Shown one piece after another: positions 20,185 through 30,018 of a stretch of 64,000 nucleotides of DNA. The notes beneath the pieces are model-generated. The model was not told the DNA's origin. It was given only the letters and a program-made list of their open reading frames with translations, and searched no databases. The position numbers and the translations under genes were made by a program. The number at the start of each line of letters is the position of its first letter. Position 1 is the stretch's first letter. Origin of the DNA: an uncultured Bacteroidota bacterium (lineage in GTDB: Bacteria > Bacteroidota > Bacteroidia > Chitinophagales > Chitinophagaceae); contig CAWHKV010000007.1 of the NCBI GenBank assembly GCA_963830175.1, forward strand, positions 173,255-237,254. The letters are read 5' to 3'.

Positions 20185-21732
20185 TTATAATTTTATTTCT
20201 TCTTTATTGGCGTCAAAAAAATGAAATTCGGTGAAATTATATTCTGAATTTTCCTGGATTCTGATGCGGGTTTTAAGCTTTCTTGACCACTTCCAACGAA
20301 TAGAAAATATACCCTTGGTTAAATGGCTGTAAACAATGGGATGAACCACAACTGTAAGGTTCTGATGTTGGTGAGTAACAAGGTAGAAGAGTTTGTTTTC
20401 AATATCATCCTCCATCAATAAAGTTGAGGATACTTTGCCGGTTCCCTTACAGCACGGGCAAACTTCTGAGGTATTAATATTTATTTCAGGACGCATTCTT
20501 TGCCGCGTAACCTGCATTAATCCAAATTTGGAAATCGGTAATACTGCGTGCTTGGCTCGGTCATTTACCATAAACTTATCCATTGCTTCCTGAACCTTTT
20601 TCTTGTTCTCGGAGAGCTTCATGTCTATAAAGTCAATTACGATAATACCACCAATATCTCTTAACCTAAGCTGCCGCGCAATTTCTTCTGCAGCTTCGAG
20701 GTTTGTTTGTAATGCATTTTCCTCCTGGTTATTACTTACACTTTTATAACCGCTGTTAACATCTACAACATGCAGAGCTTCCGTATGTTCAATTATTATA
20801 TAGGCACCGCTTGCAAGGTTAATGGTTTTACCAAAAGAGGCTTTAACCTGCTTTGTAATTCCAAAATGATCGAAGATCGGCGTGCCATTATAGAAATGTG
20901 TAACGATCTCAGTTTTATCCGGAGCAATTTTCTGAATATATAACCGTGTGTCGGTGTAAATATTTTTATCGTTAATAATAATGCGATTAAAGTCTGGGGT
21001 AAGTAAATCGCGTAAAATGCTTGTGGTCTTGTCTTGCTCACTTAAGATCTTGGCCGGAGCTTCCGCATTCCTCAGGTTTTTCTGAATGCTTTTCCATGTA
21101 TTAACCAGGTTATTAAGGTCTTCATGTAGTTCTGCAGTATTTTTTCCTTCCGCAGCAGTTCTAACAATTACTCCAAAATTTCTTGGCTTAACAGCTTCAA
21201 TTATTTTTTGAAGTCTTTTTCTTTCTTCTACGGAATGAATTTTTTTAGATACGGCAACCACATCGTTGAAAGGTGTGATAACCACAAATCTGCCTGGCAA
21301 AGAAATTTCACAACTTAACCGCGGTCCCTTTGCCGCAATTGGTTCTTTAAGTATCTGAACCAGAATGCTGGGTTTACCATTTAGTACTTCATTTATTTTG
21401 CCAGTCTTAACGATTTCCGGTTCATTAACGAATTTCGAAAAATCGAAACCATCAGTGGTTTTATCTGCAATGGCTAGTTGTGTAAACTTTAATAAAGAAC
21501 GGGCAAAAGGACTAAGATCGGTATAGTGCAAAAAAGCATCCTTTTCAAATCCTACATCAATAAATGCAGCATTTAAACCTGGAATAAGTTTCTTAACCTT
21601 TCCTAAGTAAAGATCCCCTACAGCAAAAACGGCATCGGCTTTTTCATTATGCAGCTCAACCAGTTTTTTATTTTCAAGCAAGGCAATCTCCACACCGCTG
21701 GGAGCGGCATGTATAATGAGTTCTTTATTCAC
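20185..21732 (-). CDS. rng: ribonuclease E/G family endoribonuclease (RNase G-sized)
   Basis: 515 aa. It has an N-terminal S1-like domain (GDLYLGKVKKLIPGLNAAFIDVG), the catalytic core (VVDVNSG, IIVIDFIDM) and a Zn-link-like CPCCKGTG. Confidence 0.88.
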   Translation of the reverse strand: MNKELIIHAAPSGVEIALLENKKLVELHNEKADAVFAVGDLYLGKVKKLIPGLNAAFIDVGFEKDAFLHYTDLSPFARSLLKFTQLAIADKTTDGFDFSKFVNEPEIVKTGKINEVLNGKPSILVQILKEPIAAKGPRLSCEISLPGRFVVITPFNDVVAVSKKIHSVEERKRLQKIIEAVKPRNFGVIVRTAAEGKNTAELHEDLNNLVNTWKSIQKNLRNAEAPAKILSEQDKTTSILRDLLTPDFNRIIINDKNIYTDTRLYIQKIAPDKTEIVTHFYNGTPIFDHFGITKQVKASFGKTINLASGAYIIIEHTEALHVVDVNSGYKSVSNNQEENALQTNLEAAEEIARQLRLRDIGGIIVIDFIDMKLSENKKKVQEAMDKFMVNDRAKHAVLPISKFGLMQVTRQRMRPEININTSEVCPCCKGTGKVSSTLLMEDDIENKLFYLVTHQHQNLTVVVHPIVYSHLTKGIFSIRWKWSRKLKTRIRIQENSEYNFTEFHFFDANKEEIKL

Positions 21733-21853
21733 GAGTGCAACTTTGAATTAAATAATGTTATGTAAATAACAAAACCAATCCCCACGGAATCATACACACT
21801 ACTTCAAAATTTCAAGATAAGGAAACGTAAAGTTGCGGATATATTCAATAAGA

Positions 21854-21892
21854 CATTTACCGGCACCGCAAAAATCGCATAGCCGGTAAATG
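21854..21892 (-). promoter_or_regulatory. perfect 11-bp stem-loop between the small basic-protein ORF and the RNase E/G gene (attenuator/terminator or leader structure)
   Basis: catttaccggc (21854..21864) pairs perfectly with gccggtaaatg (21882..21892) across a 17-nt loop. It lies in the 173-nt leader of rng. Confidence 0.4.
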
Positions 21893-21905
21893 CTAAAAGA
21901 GTAAT

Positions 21906-22001
21906 TTACCTATTTTTCTTCTTATGACGGTTTTTTCTTAGCCGCTTTTTTCTTTTGTGCGTAGCAATTTTATGTCGCTTTCTTTTTTTACCACAGGGCA
22001 T
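21906..22001 (-). CDS. 31-aa highly basic peptide, bS22/AURKAIP1-COX24-like small ribosomal protein candidate
   Basis: Hand translation gives MPCGKKRKRHKIATHKRKKRLRKNRHKKKNR (ATG 22001..21999, TAA 21908..21906). It is too short for the ORF track. It resembles a conserved Bacteroidota peptide remembered as MPSGKKRKRHKMATHKRKKRLRKNRHKKK. Confidence 0.65.
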   Translation of the reverse strand: MPCGKKRKRHKIATHKRKKRLRKNRHKKKNR

Positions 22002-22027
22002 ACCTGAAAAATTTTTTAGTTAATATA

Positions 22028-22867
22028 TTATTGTAAAGTCTGAATTCTTCTGTCTATTTCGCTTTTTGCTTCTGGTATGCTAATCAGCGATTTTGCTTTT
22101 TTATACCACAATAAAGCATTTTGCTTATCTCCTTTCCGTTCATACGTTTCTGCCAGGTTAAAAACAGCCTCTAAATTGTCGGGTTGTTTATTTATCACTA
22201 CCAGGAAATTCTCAATTGCTTTATCATATTGCCCGCTTTTAATACCGCCCAATCCCAGGATCATGCGAGCATAAACATTGCCTGGATCCTTTTCCGTTAT
22301 ATCCCTTAAAATGGCTATACCCTGCATTGGGTTTTCAGAAATATTTCCGAAAAGATAACAGGCTGCGATACCCACTTTAGATGAATCATTGCCTGGATTT
22401 ATGACTAAAGCTTTCTCAAAAAGAACTTTTGCTTGCGTGGCAACCCATGATTGTAATGGTCCGCCTTCACTTACCATTAGCTCATCTAAAAACAAATGGG
22501 CTGCAAATGTGAGCTTTTTTTCAGAATTTTCCAACTTAGCTGCTTCGCCAATATAATATTTACCAATTAGGGGCTGGTTGAGGGTATCGGAATAATAATG
22601 GTTCAGGTCGTGATAGCCTGCAATTTTTAGGTCTGTGTTTTCCTGATTAGCAAGATTTGCCTCCAATTGTTTAACACGCATGGATTGTTCAGCCGGCAAG
22701 GTTTGATTAAATTGAGTTATATAATTATCCTGAGAATCATGGGCATGATCGGAGGCATCGTGCTGCTCTGATGAAATAATTTTAGATGGTACGGTTTTAC
22801 CAAAAAAAACCAGAACCAGCAACAAAACGAAGCCGGATAAAGCGAGTGCGAACTGTGATTTATTCAA
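22028..22867 (-). CDS. tetratricopeptide-repeat protein with N-terminal membrane anchor
   Basis: 279 aa with an N-terminal TM segment (FALALSGFVLLLVLVFFG). C-terminal TPR-like repeats include AIENFLVVINKQPDNLEAVFNLAETYERKGDKQNALLWYKKA. Confidence 0.7.
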   Translation of the reverse strand: MNKSQFALALSGFVLLLVLVFFGKTVPSKIISSEQHDASDHAHDSQDNYITQFNQTLPAEQSMRVKQLEANLANQENTDLKIAGYHDLNHYYSDTLNQPLIGKYYIGEAAKLENSEKKLTFAAHLFLDELMVSEGGPLQSWVATQAKVLFEKALVINPGNDSSKVGIAACYLFGNISENPMQGIAILRDITEKDPGNVYARMILGLGGIKSGQYDKAIENFLVVINKQPDNLEAVFNLAETYERKGDKQNALLWYKKAKSLISIPEAKSEIDRRIQTLQ

Positions 22868-22891
22868 ATAAAATATGTTGAGGCGGCCAAA

Positions 22892-23182
22892 TTACACCTG
22901 ATTGTGTAATTGTTTAACCTCATTCACAAATTCTTTAGAAGGTTTAAATGCTGGAATGTAGTGTTCCGGAATTTGCACAGCAATATTCTTTTTAATATTT
23001 CTACCTATTTTGGCTGCGCGTTTTTTAGTTATGAAACTACCAAAACCCCTTATATAAATATTTTCTCCCTTAGAGATATTTTCTTTTATTTCTTTAAGAA
23101 GTGTTTCAACTGTTACTAGAACATCTACTTTGGGTATTCCGGTCTTTTCTGAAATATTATTTATAAGGTCAGACTTACGCAT
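22892..23182 (-). CDS. HU/IHF-family DNA-binding protein
   Basis: 96 aa with the pattern RGFGSFITKKRAAKIGRNIKKN and a beta-arm with Pro. It is divergent from mutY. Confidence 0.85.
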   Translation of the reverse strand: MRKSDLINNISEKTGIPKVDVLVTVETLLKEIKENISKGENIYIRGFGSFITKKRAAKIGRNIKKNIAVQIPEHYIPAFKPSKEFVNEVKQLHNQV

Positions 23183-23343
23183 GGATATTTGTTTTTAAAG
23201 TAACTAATGTACCACAAAAAGCTTGTATAAGAAAGAATAAAATTATCTATTGTCCTTAATAATCAAACTTTTTCAAATAAGTTGTTTTTACATATAGCAA
23301 AAATCATACTAACTCAATTATAACAATTTTCATCATTTTTTAT

Positions 23344-24405
23344 ATGCATTTAATTGACTTTTCTAAAACATTATTAAGGTGGAATATGCACCATAACGAA
23401 CGGGAAATGCCGTGGAAAAATGAAAAGGATGCATATAAAATCTGGATAAGTGAAATTATTTTACAACAAACAAGGGTTGAGCAGGGGTGGCATTATTACC
23501 TGCGATTTATTTCTGCATTTCCCACCATTGAAAGTCTCGCAAATGCAAGTGACGAAAAGGTATTTAAATTGTGGGAAGGATTGGGGTATTACAGCCGGTG
23601 CCGAAATTTAATTTATTCGGCAAAGTATATCATGAAAAATTTTGAGGGAGAATTTCCCTCGAATTATGAGGATATTTTAAAATTAAAGGGAATAGGTCCT
23701 TATACGGCGGCAGCTATTTCATCTTTTGCTTATAATTTACCATACCCTGTGGTAGATGGAAATGTGCTACGGGTTCTTGCCCGTGTTTTCGGTATATATG
23801 AGCCGGTAGATACCGATAAAGGCAAAAAGGTAATAAACAATCTTGCTACGCAATTAATATTAAATACCGATCCGGCCAGCTTTAACCAGGCTATTATGGA
23901 TTTTGGCGCTACTATATGCAAACCCGTAAAACCCCTTTGTAATTTATGTCCATTCAAAAAATACTGCATAGCCTTTATAAAAAACAGTATTGAGCAATTA
24001 CCGGTTAAATTAACCAAAACAGTAAAAAAAGACAGGTGGATACATTATTTCATTTTTAAACATAACCAAAACGTGTTGGTTCGAAAAAGATTAGCTAAAG
24101 ATATTTGGCAAAATCTTTTCGAATTTTATCCCATTGAAACCCCTTTAGATAAGCAATGGAATGAAAAAGAGATTTTAAACGTTTTCAAATTATTAAAAAT
24201 TGTCCCTGCCGGTTACTCTGTTCATACAGGCATACCGCAGCACTTAACACATCGAACAATCAGGGGTTCAATTATTATGGTAGAAATAAAAACCCTTAAA
24301 AACATTTGTTTTCCGAACGACTTTTTCTGGCAGCCGCAAGCAAATCTGCATGAACTTTCTTTCCCGAAATACATTCATCAGAATTATTTTTCGCGGGTTA
24401 ATTAG
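23344..24405 (+). CDS. mutY: A/G-specific adenine DNA glycosylase
   Basis: MPWKNEKDAYKIWISEIILQQTRV, the HhH motif LKGIGPYTAAAI, the 4Fe-4S cluster C-x6-C-x2-C-x5-C (CKPVKPLCNLCPFKKYC) and a NUDIX-like C-terminal domain. Confidence 0.9.
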   Translation: MHLIDFSKTLLRWNMHHNEREMPWKNEKDAYKIWISEIILQQTRVEQGWHYYLRFISAFPTIESLANASDEKVFKLWEGLGYYSRCRNLIYSAKYIMKNFEGEFPSNYEDILKLKGIGPYTAAAISSFAYNLPYPVVDGNVLRVLARVFGIYEPVDTDKGKKVINNLATQLILNTDPASFNQAIMDFGATICKPVKPLCNLCPFKKYCIAFIKNSIEQLPVKLTKTVKKDRWIHYFIFKHNQNVLVRKRLAKDIWQNLFEFYPIETPLDKQWNEKEILNVFKLLKIVPAGYSVHTGIPQHLTHRTIRGSIIMVEIKTLKNICFPNDFFWQPQANLHELSFPKYIHQNYFSRVN

Positions 24406-24506
24406 CAAAATTTGCTGAAAAATGCCTTTAAAATTATATGCTCTTTTTTGTTTAATTTTAAAATCAGACAAGAGGCGTTATTTTAAAAAGGGAAAAATTA
24501 AATAGT

Positions 24507-24956
24507 ATGAGAGGTGTAAACAGGGTTATGCTTATTGGTAATCTCGGTAAAGATCCCGATACGCAATATCTCGAGGGTAACATTGCCGTAGCAAAATTTC
24601 CACTGGCGACTACCGAAACCTATAAAGACAGAACCGGCAAATTGGTTTCCCAAACTGAATGGCATACAGTGGTTCTCTGGCGGGGCCTTGCCGAACTTTC
24701 TCAAAAGTATTTACACAAAGGCAGTTTAATATATATTGAAGGAAGACTTAGAACTCGCAGTTGGGAAGACAGGGAAGGCAACCGCAAATTTGCAACAGAG
24801 GTTGTTGGCGATAACCTGATAATGCTCGATAAAAGAAATGAGGGCTCACAGGGTTTCCATGGTACATCTTCTCATGGTGGCGAAAATATTGAAGGTTTTC
24901 ATTCAGATGAAATACCACCTATTACCGATGAAAATTCTTCGGGGCTGCCGTTTTAA
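24507..24956 (+). CDS. ssb: single-stranded DNA-binding protein
   Basis: 149 aa with OB-fold start VNRVMLIGNLGKDPD, TEWH, a Gly-rich linker and the C-terminal tip SSGLPF. Confidence 0.92.
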   Translation: MRGVNRVMLIGNLGKDPDTQYLEGNIAVAKFPLATTETYKDRTGKLVSQTEWHTVVLWRGLAELSQKYLHKGSLIYIEGRLRTRSWEDREGNRKFATEVVGDNLIMLDKRNEGSQGFHGTSSHGGENIEGFHSDEIPPITDENSSGLPF

Positions 24957-25040
24957 ATTATTAATTTAATTTTGGCAGAATTATAAACATGTTGCAATCT
25001 TCTATCTGCCTTAAAAGCATATTCACGAAAAATTATTATT

Positions 25041-26387
25041 TTGGAAATTAACTATGCGCATTTGCAAAGCAGCATGCACTTGCTTTTTGTTTCTACACTT
25101 GATAATCAAAGCCTGACTGTACTTATTTTTTTACTGCTTGCTTTTATTATGTTATCGTTTGTGGTGTCTGGTGCCGAGGTAGCATTTTTCTCTCTCAATC
25201 ATAAAGACCTTAACCTCCTAAAAACAAAACAGCAACCGCCTTACCAGCGAATTTTAGATATGCTGGAAACGCCTAAACTATTGCTGGCTTCTTTTATTAT
25301 TGCCAACAGCTTTGCTAACATCGCCATCATTATAATTTCAAATATTGTACTGGATCATTTATTCCAGTTTGATATGATCCATTTTTCATGGCTCGCGTTT
25401 ACTATTAAAGTACTGGTAGTAGCATCTATTCTGTTGTTGTTTTGCGAGATTATTCCTAAAGTATACGCTAACAACAACAACATCAGGTTTGCCAAAGATT
25501 TTGGAATAATTGCCGAAGCTGTATTTTATATATTTAAAGGAATGGGTAATGGCCTTGTAAAATATTCAGACATTGTTGAAAGAAAACTTACTAAAAAAGC
25601 CGGGGGTATGTACAGCTTCGAAGAGTTAGACCAGGCAATAGAAGTTTCAAACCAAACAACAGCAAGCGAAAAAGAAAAGAATATTTTGAAGGGTATTGTT
25701 AAGTTCGGAAATATCACAGTTAAACAGGTAATGCGTGCCAGGCTAGATGTTAATGGTATTGATTATAAAATATCTTTCGCAGACCTGGTTAAAAACGCTG
25801 AAGAATTGCATTACAGCAGACTTCCCGTTTATAAAGAAGACCTTGATAATGTTGTTGGCATAATTAATACAAAAGATATTCTTCCGCATCTCGATAACCT
25901 TTCCGATTTTGATTGGCACCCGCTAATAAGAGCACCCTATTTTGTGCATGAGCAAAAAATGATAGAAGACCTTCTTAAAGAATTTCAGGGAAAACATATT
26001 CATTTTGCCATTGTTGTTGATGAATTTGGCGGCACCAGCGGTATTGTAACGCTGGAAGACATTCTTGAAGAAATTATTGGAGATATTAAGGATGAATTTG
26101 ACGATGAAGAAAGCGGGTTTAAAAAGCTGGATGACAACAATTATATTTTTGAGGGCCGCACCATGATTAATGATGTTTGCAAACTAATGGATTTGCCCGG
26201 CGATACATTCGATTCTGTAAAAGGTGAAGGCAACTCACTTGCAGGGTTGGTTTTAGAAATAGCAGGCGAAATTCCCACAACAAACCAGGTAGTTATTGCC
26301 GGCGATTTTGAATTCACGGTAATTGAAGTGGTAAAAAACCACCTGGAGAAAATAAAAGTTACCATTAAACCTCAGCACGTAGCGTAG
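25041..26387 (+). CDS. gldE: gliding-motility-associated protein GldE (DUF21-CBS-CorC/HlyC family)
   Basis: It has an N-terminal 4-TM DUF21 domain, two CBS domains and a CorC_HlyC C-terminal domain. The order ssb-gldE-gldD is as remembered for Flavobacterium johnsoniae. The listed start is TTG, and the ATG at 25074 is an alternative. Confidence 0.78.
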   Translation: MEINYAHLQSSMHLLFVSTLDNQSLTVLIFLLLAFIMLSFVVSGAEVAFFSLNHKDLNLLKTKQQPPYQRILDMLETPKLLLASFIIANSFANIAIIIISNIVLDHLFQFDMIHFSWLAFTIKVLVVASILLLFCEIIPKVYANNNNIRFAKDFGIIAEAVFYIFKGMGNGLVKYSDIVERKLTKKAGGMYSFEELDQAIEVSNQTTASEKEKNILKGIVKFGNITVKQVMRARLDVNGIDYKISFADLVKNAEELHYSRLPVYKEDLDNVVGIINTKDILPHLDNLSDFDWHPLIRAPYFVHEQKMIEDLLKEFQGKHIHFAIVVDEFGGTSGIVTLEDILEEIIGDIKDEFDDEESGFKKLDDNNYIFEGRTMINDVCKLMDLPGDTFDSVKGEGNSLAGLVLEIAGEIPTTNQVVIAGDFEFTVIEVVKNHLEKIKVTIKPQHVA

Positions 26388-26421
26388 CATTACCCGCTTT
26401 TTACTTTCAACAAATAATATT

Positions 26422-27024
26422 TTGATCAACCTTTCAGCAATAAATTTAAAACGCACATTACTATTTGTGGCAGTTTTATCTTTCAATTGCAACAGTCCAT
26501 TCACACCTAAACCCACTGGATATTATAACATAGACTTCCCTCAAAAGAAATACAGGCTTTTTCAACAGGAAGGATACCCTTACTCTTTTGAATATCCGGA
26601 ATATGCCAGAATAGTGAAAGACTCGGTTTTTTTTGGAGAAGACCCTGAAAATCCGTGGTGGATAAACATAGAATTTCCGCAGTTCTCAGGGCGAATTTAT
26701 ACCAGTTATAAAAGTTTGAAACAATACCAGTTAGAAAAATTATTAAATGACGCATTCAATCTAACCAATAAACACTCTCAAAAAGCATCTTACATAAATG
26801 ACTCCCTTATAGAAACACCAAACAATGTTCATGGAATGTTTTTTAAAGTAGAAGGTAATGTAGCTACGGCAAACCAATTTTTTCTAACAGATTCTACTAA
26901 GAATTTCTTAAGAGGTGCACTCTATTTCGATGCTACCCCAAACCAGGACAGCCTAAAACCGGTGAACGATTTTCTTGTGCAGGATATGATGCATATGATC
27001 AACACCTTTAAATGGAACAATTAA
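26422..27024 (+). CDS. gldD: gliding motility lipoprotein GldD
   Basis: 200 aa with lipobox LSFNC. TPKPTGYYNIDFPQKKY resembles the GldD N-terminus, and the gene lies immediately downstream of gldE. The start codon is TTG. Confidence 0.7.
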   Translation: MINLSAINLKRTLLFVAVLSFNCNSPFTPKPTGYYNIDFPQKKYRLFQQEGYPYSFEYPEYARIVKDSVFFGEDPENPWWINIEFPQFSGRIYTSYKSLKQYQLEKLLNDAFNLTNKHSQKASYINDSLIETPNNVHGMFFKVEGNVATANQFFLTDSTKNFLRGALYFDATPNQDSLKPVNDFLVQDMMHMINTFKWNN

Positions 27025-27092
27025 AACATTTGCCCTTTTTAGAAATCTTTCATCCTGATTAATACATCTACCTTTACTTAAACCCTGTTTTA

Positions 27093-27692
27093 ATGATTGC
27101 CATTGATAATAAACTGGTAAGTGATGAAGTAATAGAAGCGCAGTTTGTTTGCGACCTTAATAAATGCAAAGGCGGCTGCTGCGAGGATGGCGATGCAGGC
27201 GCTCCTCTTGAAACTGCAGAGCTGGAAGAATTAATTAATTGTTACGAAGAAGTAAAGCCATATTTAACCAAAGAAGGAAAAGATGTTATTGAGCGAAATG
27301 GCAAGTATTATTTTGACGATTATTTCGGCTGGGTAACACCTACCATAGAAAACAAGATCTGTGCATACGGATACCGGGATGAAAGTGGCATAATAAAATG
27401 TGGAATAGAACAGGCTTATAATGATGGAAAAACCAGTTGGAAAAAACCTATCAGTTGTCACCTTTTTCCCATTAAAATAATCAAAAGTAAAATTGAAGAA
27501 AACCTGGAATATGTTAACTACGAACCCCGCAAGGATTTGTGTAAACCCGCATGCAAACTGGGTAAAAAATTAAAGGTGCCTGTTTATATTTTTTTAAAAG
27601 ACGCGCTTGTAAGAAAATACGGTCAGGAATTTTATAACACCCTGGAGGCTACAGCCAGGCACCTTTCTGCAAAAAAAACTGAAATGCCTTAA
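27093..27692 (+). CDS. DUF3109-like cysteine-rich protein
   Basis: 199 aa. MIAIDNKLVSDEVIEAQFVCDLNKCKGGCCEDGDAGAPL matches the remembered DUF3109 N-terminus. Confidence 0.6.
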   Translation: MIAIDNKLVSDEVIEAQFVCDLNKCKGGCCEDGDAGAPLETAELEELINCYEEVKPYLTKEGKDVIERNGKYYFDDYFGWVTPTIENKICAYGYRDESGIIKCGIEQAYNDGKTSWKKPISCHLFPIKIIKSKIEENLEYVNYEPRKDLCKPACKLGKKLKVPVYIFLKDALVRKYGQEFYNTLEATARHLSAKKTEMP

Positions 27693-27700
27693 CCCGCTAT

Positions 27701-28483
27701 TTATTCATGCACCACCATAACCGGAACTGAACTTTGGTAAGCCAGCGCTTTTGTATGGTCTGTTTTAAATAATTTATAAACTAAAGAATGCTCTTTATTT
27801 ATGGTAATTATCAGGTCTATATTTTTATCTGAAGCAAATTGATTAATAGCAGTATCTATATCCAATAATCTTAAAAAATAAAATTCAGGATTAAATTCAG
27901 AAAACATTTCTTTTAGCTTGCTTTGTTCTGCTGCGTATTCTTCGGTAATGGCAACATAATGTTCAGAATTTACATTTACTACATGCAGCTTGGCATCGAA
28001 AGCCTTAAGTATTTTCTTAATAGGAGCAGATGGTGTGGTACTTACCACATTGCGCAGGTCTGAAGTAAGCAGTACATTTTTAATTTCACTGTACTCACTA
28101 TTATTCGGAATAATCATTACCGGGCAATATTTATTCTCTGCCATTTTTAATGCATTGCTGCCCATAAATACCTGTGCAAGCGAAGACCTTCCTGTAATAC
28201 CCATTATAATAAGGTCTGCATCGCGGTGCCTCGCTAACTTTTCAAGCTCTACCAAAAAATCTCCCTGTTCTGCTAGTGTGGTAATATTTGCAGAGCGGTT
28301 TAGGAGTAATTCATTTTTTAATTTTTGAAGACTTTCTTCCCGGTTTTCACCAGCCTCTGCTTTTTCGTAGGCGTGATAAAGAATAATTTCTACTTCAGGG
28401 TGAACGGACAAAAGCTTTATGGCATATTGCGCAGCCCTAACTGATGAGTCTGAAAAATCTGTTGGAATAATAACTGTATTCAT
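27701..28483 (-). CDS. universal stress protein (tandem Usp domains)
   Basis: 260 aa in two halves, each starting I(I/L)xxTD(F/L)S and containing the G-x2-G-x9-G(S) region (GITGRSSLAQVFMGSNA). Confidence 0.8.
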   Translation of the reverse strand: MNTVIIPTDFSDSSVRAAQYAIKLLSVHPEVEIILYHAYEKAEAGENREESLQKLKNELLLNRSANITTLAEQGDFLVELEKLARHRDADLIIMGITGRSSLAQVFMGSNALKMAENKYCPVMIIPNNSEYSEIKNVLLTSDLRNVVSTTPSAPIKKILKAFDAKLHVVNVNSEHYVAITEEYAAEQSKLKEMFSEFNPEFYFLRLLDIDTAINQFASDKNIDLIITINKEHSLVYKLFKTDHTKALAYQSSVPVMVVHE

Positions 28484-28553
28484 ATCTAAGTTTTATTTTT
28501 TAGAGAATGCAAAAGTACAGTACCCTTTTTTAAGGGCATACAATATAATTAGG

Positions 28554-29801
28554 TTAAACCAATTCAATTAAGGTTACTTCGGGTAAAATACCTACCCTGC
28601 CCGGGTAACCAATAAAGCCATACCCCCTGTTTACATATAATTTTTGTTTGCCCACTTCATAAAGACCCGCCCATTGTTTATATACCCATTGTACCGGGCT
28701 CCATTTAAAATAGGGATTTTCCAAACCGAATTGCATGCCGTGTGTATGCCCGGCAAGCATCAGGTCAACATCAGTATACTTTGTAGTTATTTCCGCATTC
28801 CAGTGACTGGGATCATGGCTCATTAAAATTTTAAAAGGTATTTTCTCAGTACCCGGGTAAGCCTTATCCATTTTACCATATTTAGGAAAACGGGCAAAGG
28901 CGCTCCAATTTTCAACCCCAAGCAAAGCGATCTGTTCATTATCTTTTTCAAGTATAACATGTTCATTCATTAATAACCGCCAGCCCATATTTGCCTGGAT
29001 GCTAAAAAGCTTTTCTAAATTCCTGGTTTTTTCTTCAGGTGTTTTCCAATTAGCATAATCTCCGTAATCATGATTTCCCAGCGTACTAAAAACCCCCATG
29101 GGTGCCTGCAAACGGCTAAAGATATCGGTATAATTATCCATCTCATCTGCACGATCATTAACAAGATCGCCTGTAAACAAAATAATATCAGGCTTTGCCT
29201 TAATAATCATTTCTATACCCTTCGTAACCGCAGCCTTATCAGTAAAGCTGCCACTATGTATATCACTTATATGTATGATCTTTAGTCCCTTAAACCCTTT
29301 CGGGAGGTTGGTATACGCCAGCTTTATTTTTTTGAGCTGGTAGTTATATTTATTGGAGAAGCCGATAAAAAGTGCAGAAACAAGGGTAGTACCCAGGGTA
29401 ACACCTGCCCAGGTTAAAAAAGAAGATCTTGTAATGCCGCCTTCTTCCGGAACAAAGTCTACCCCACTTTGCGGAAAAATTTTAGACATCAGCCAAACAA
29501 CCCCCCGGCGGATATCGTCTGTTAACAAAAAAACCGAAGCAATTAGTTTTCCAAAAAACAAGGCTACAACAATGGCAAAAAGATAATTTCTTAAAACAGG
29601 GTTCTTTTCAAAATAAGGTTGCGTTGGAAAAAGCAATATAAATAACATGGATGCAAGAGAAATTACCCAATACACACTATAGGTGGCTATTTTAATACGA
29701 TCCGAATTATTTTGTGATAGAAATTTTACGCCATAAAAAACATACAGGTCTATCAGAATTACAATAATTACTACAATCCACCATCCATTCATACTTCTCA
29801 T
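28554..29801 (-). CDS. membrane-anchored metallophosphoesterase
   Basis: N-terminal TM segments followed by the calcineurin-like motifs HISDIHSG, GDLVND, GNHD and GHTHG. Confidence 0.85.
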   Translation of the reverse strand: MRSMNGWWIVVIIVILIDLYVFYGVKFLSQNNSDRIKIATYSVYWVISLASMLFILLFPTQPYFEKNPVLRNYLFAIVVALFFGKLIASVFLLTDDIRRGVVWLMSKIFPQSGVDFVPEEGGITRSSFLTWAGVTLGTTLVSALFIGFSNKYNYQLKKIKLAYTNLPKGFKGLKIIHISDIHSGSFTDKAAVTKGIEMIIKAKPDIILFTGDLVNDRADEMDNYTDIFSRLQAPMGVFSTLGNHDYGDYANWKTPEEKTRNLEKLFSIQANMGWRLLMNEHVILEKDNEQIALLGVENWSAFARFPKYGKMDKAYPGTEKIPFKILMSHDPSHWNAEITTKYTDVDLMLAGHTHGMQFGLENPYFKWSPVQWVYKQWAGLYEVGKQKLYVNRGYGFIGYPGRVGILPEVTLIELV

Positions 29802-30018
29802 GTTTTATAATTAATCACCTTCAAAATTCACTGTAAATAAAGATGTGCAAAAATATATTTATGTAATCGGTCGCAAACACTGATATTAGTTGCATTGTAA
29901 TTACGGCAACCTGAAAGTTTAGATTAGGTTAAAATAAATAAAGTTTCAATTTTAGTATTGATTTTTGAAGGCCAAAACAAATTTAATAACCATTAACACC
30001 AACCGGATATTTTAAAAT

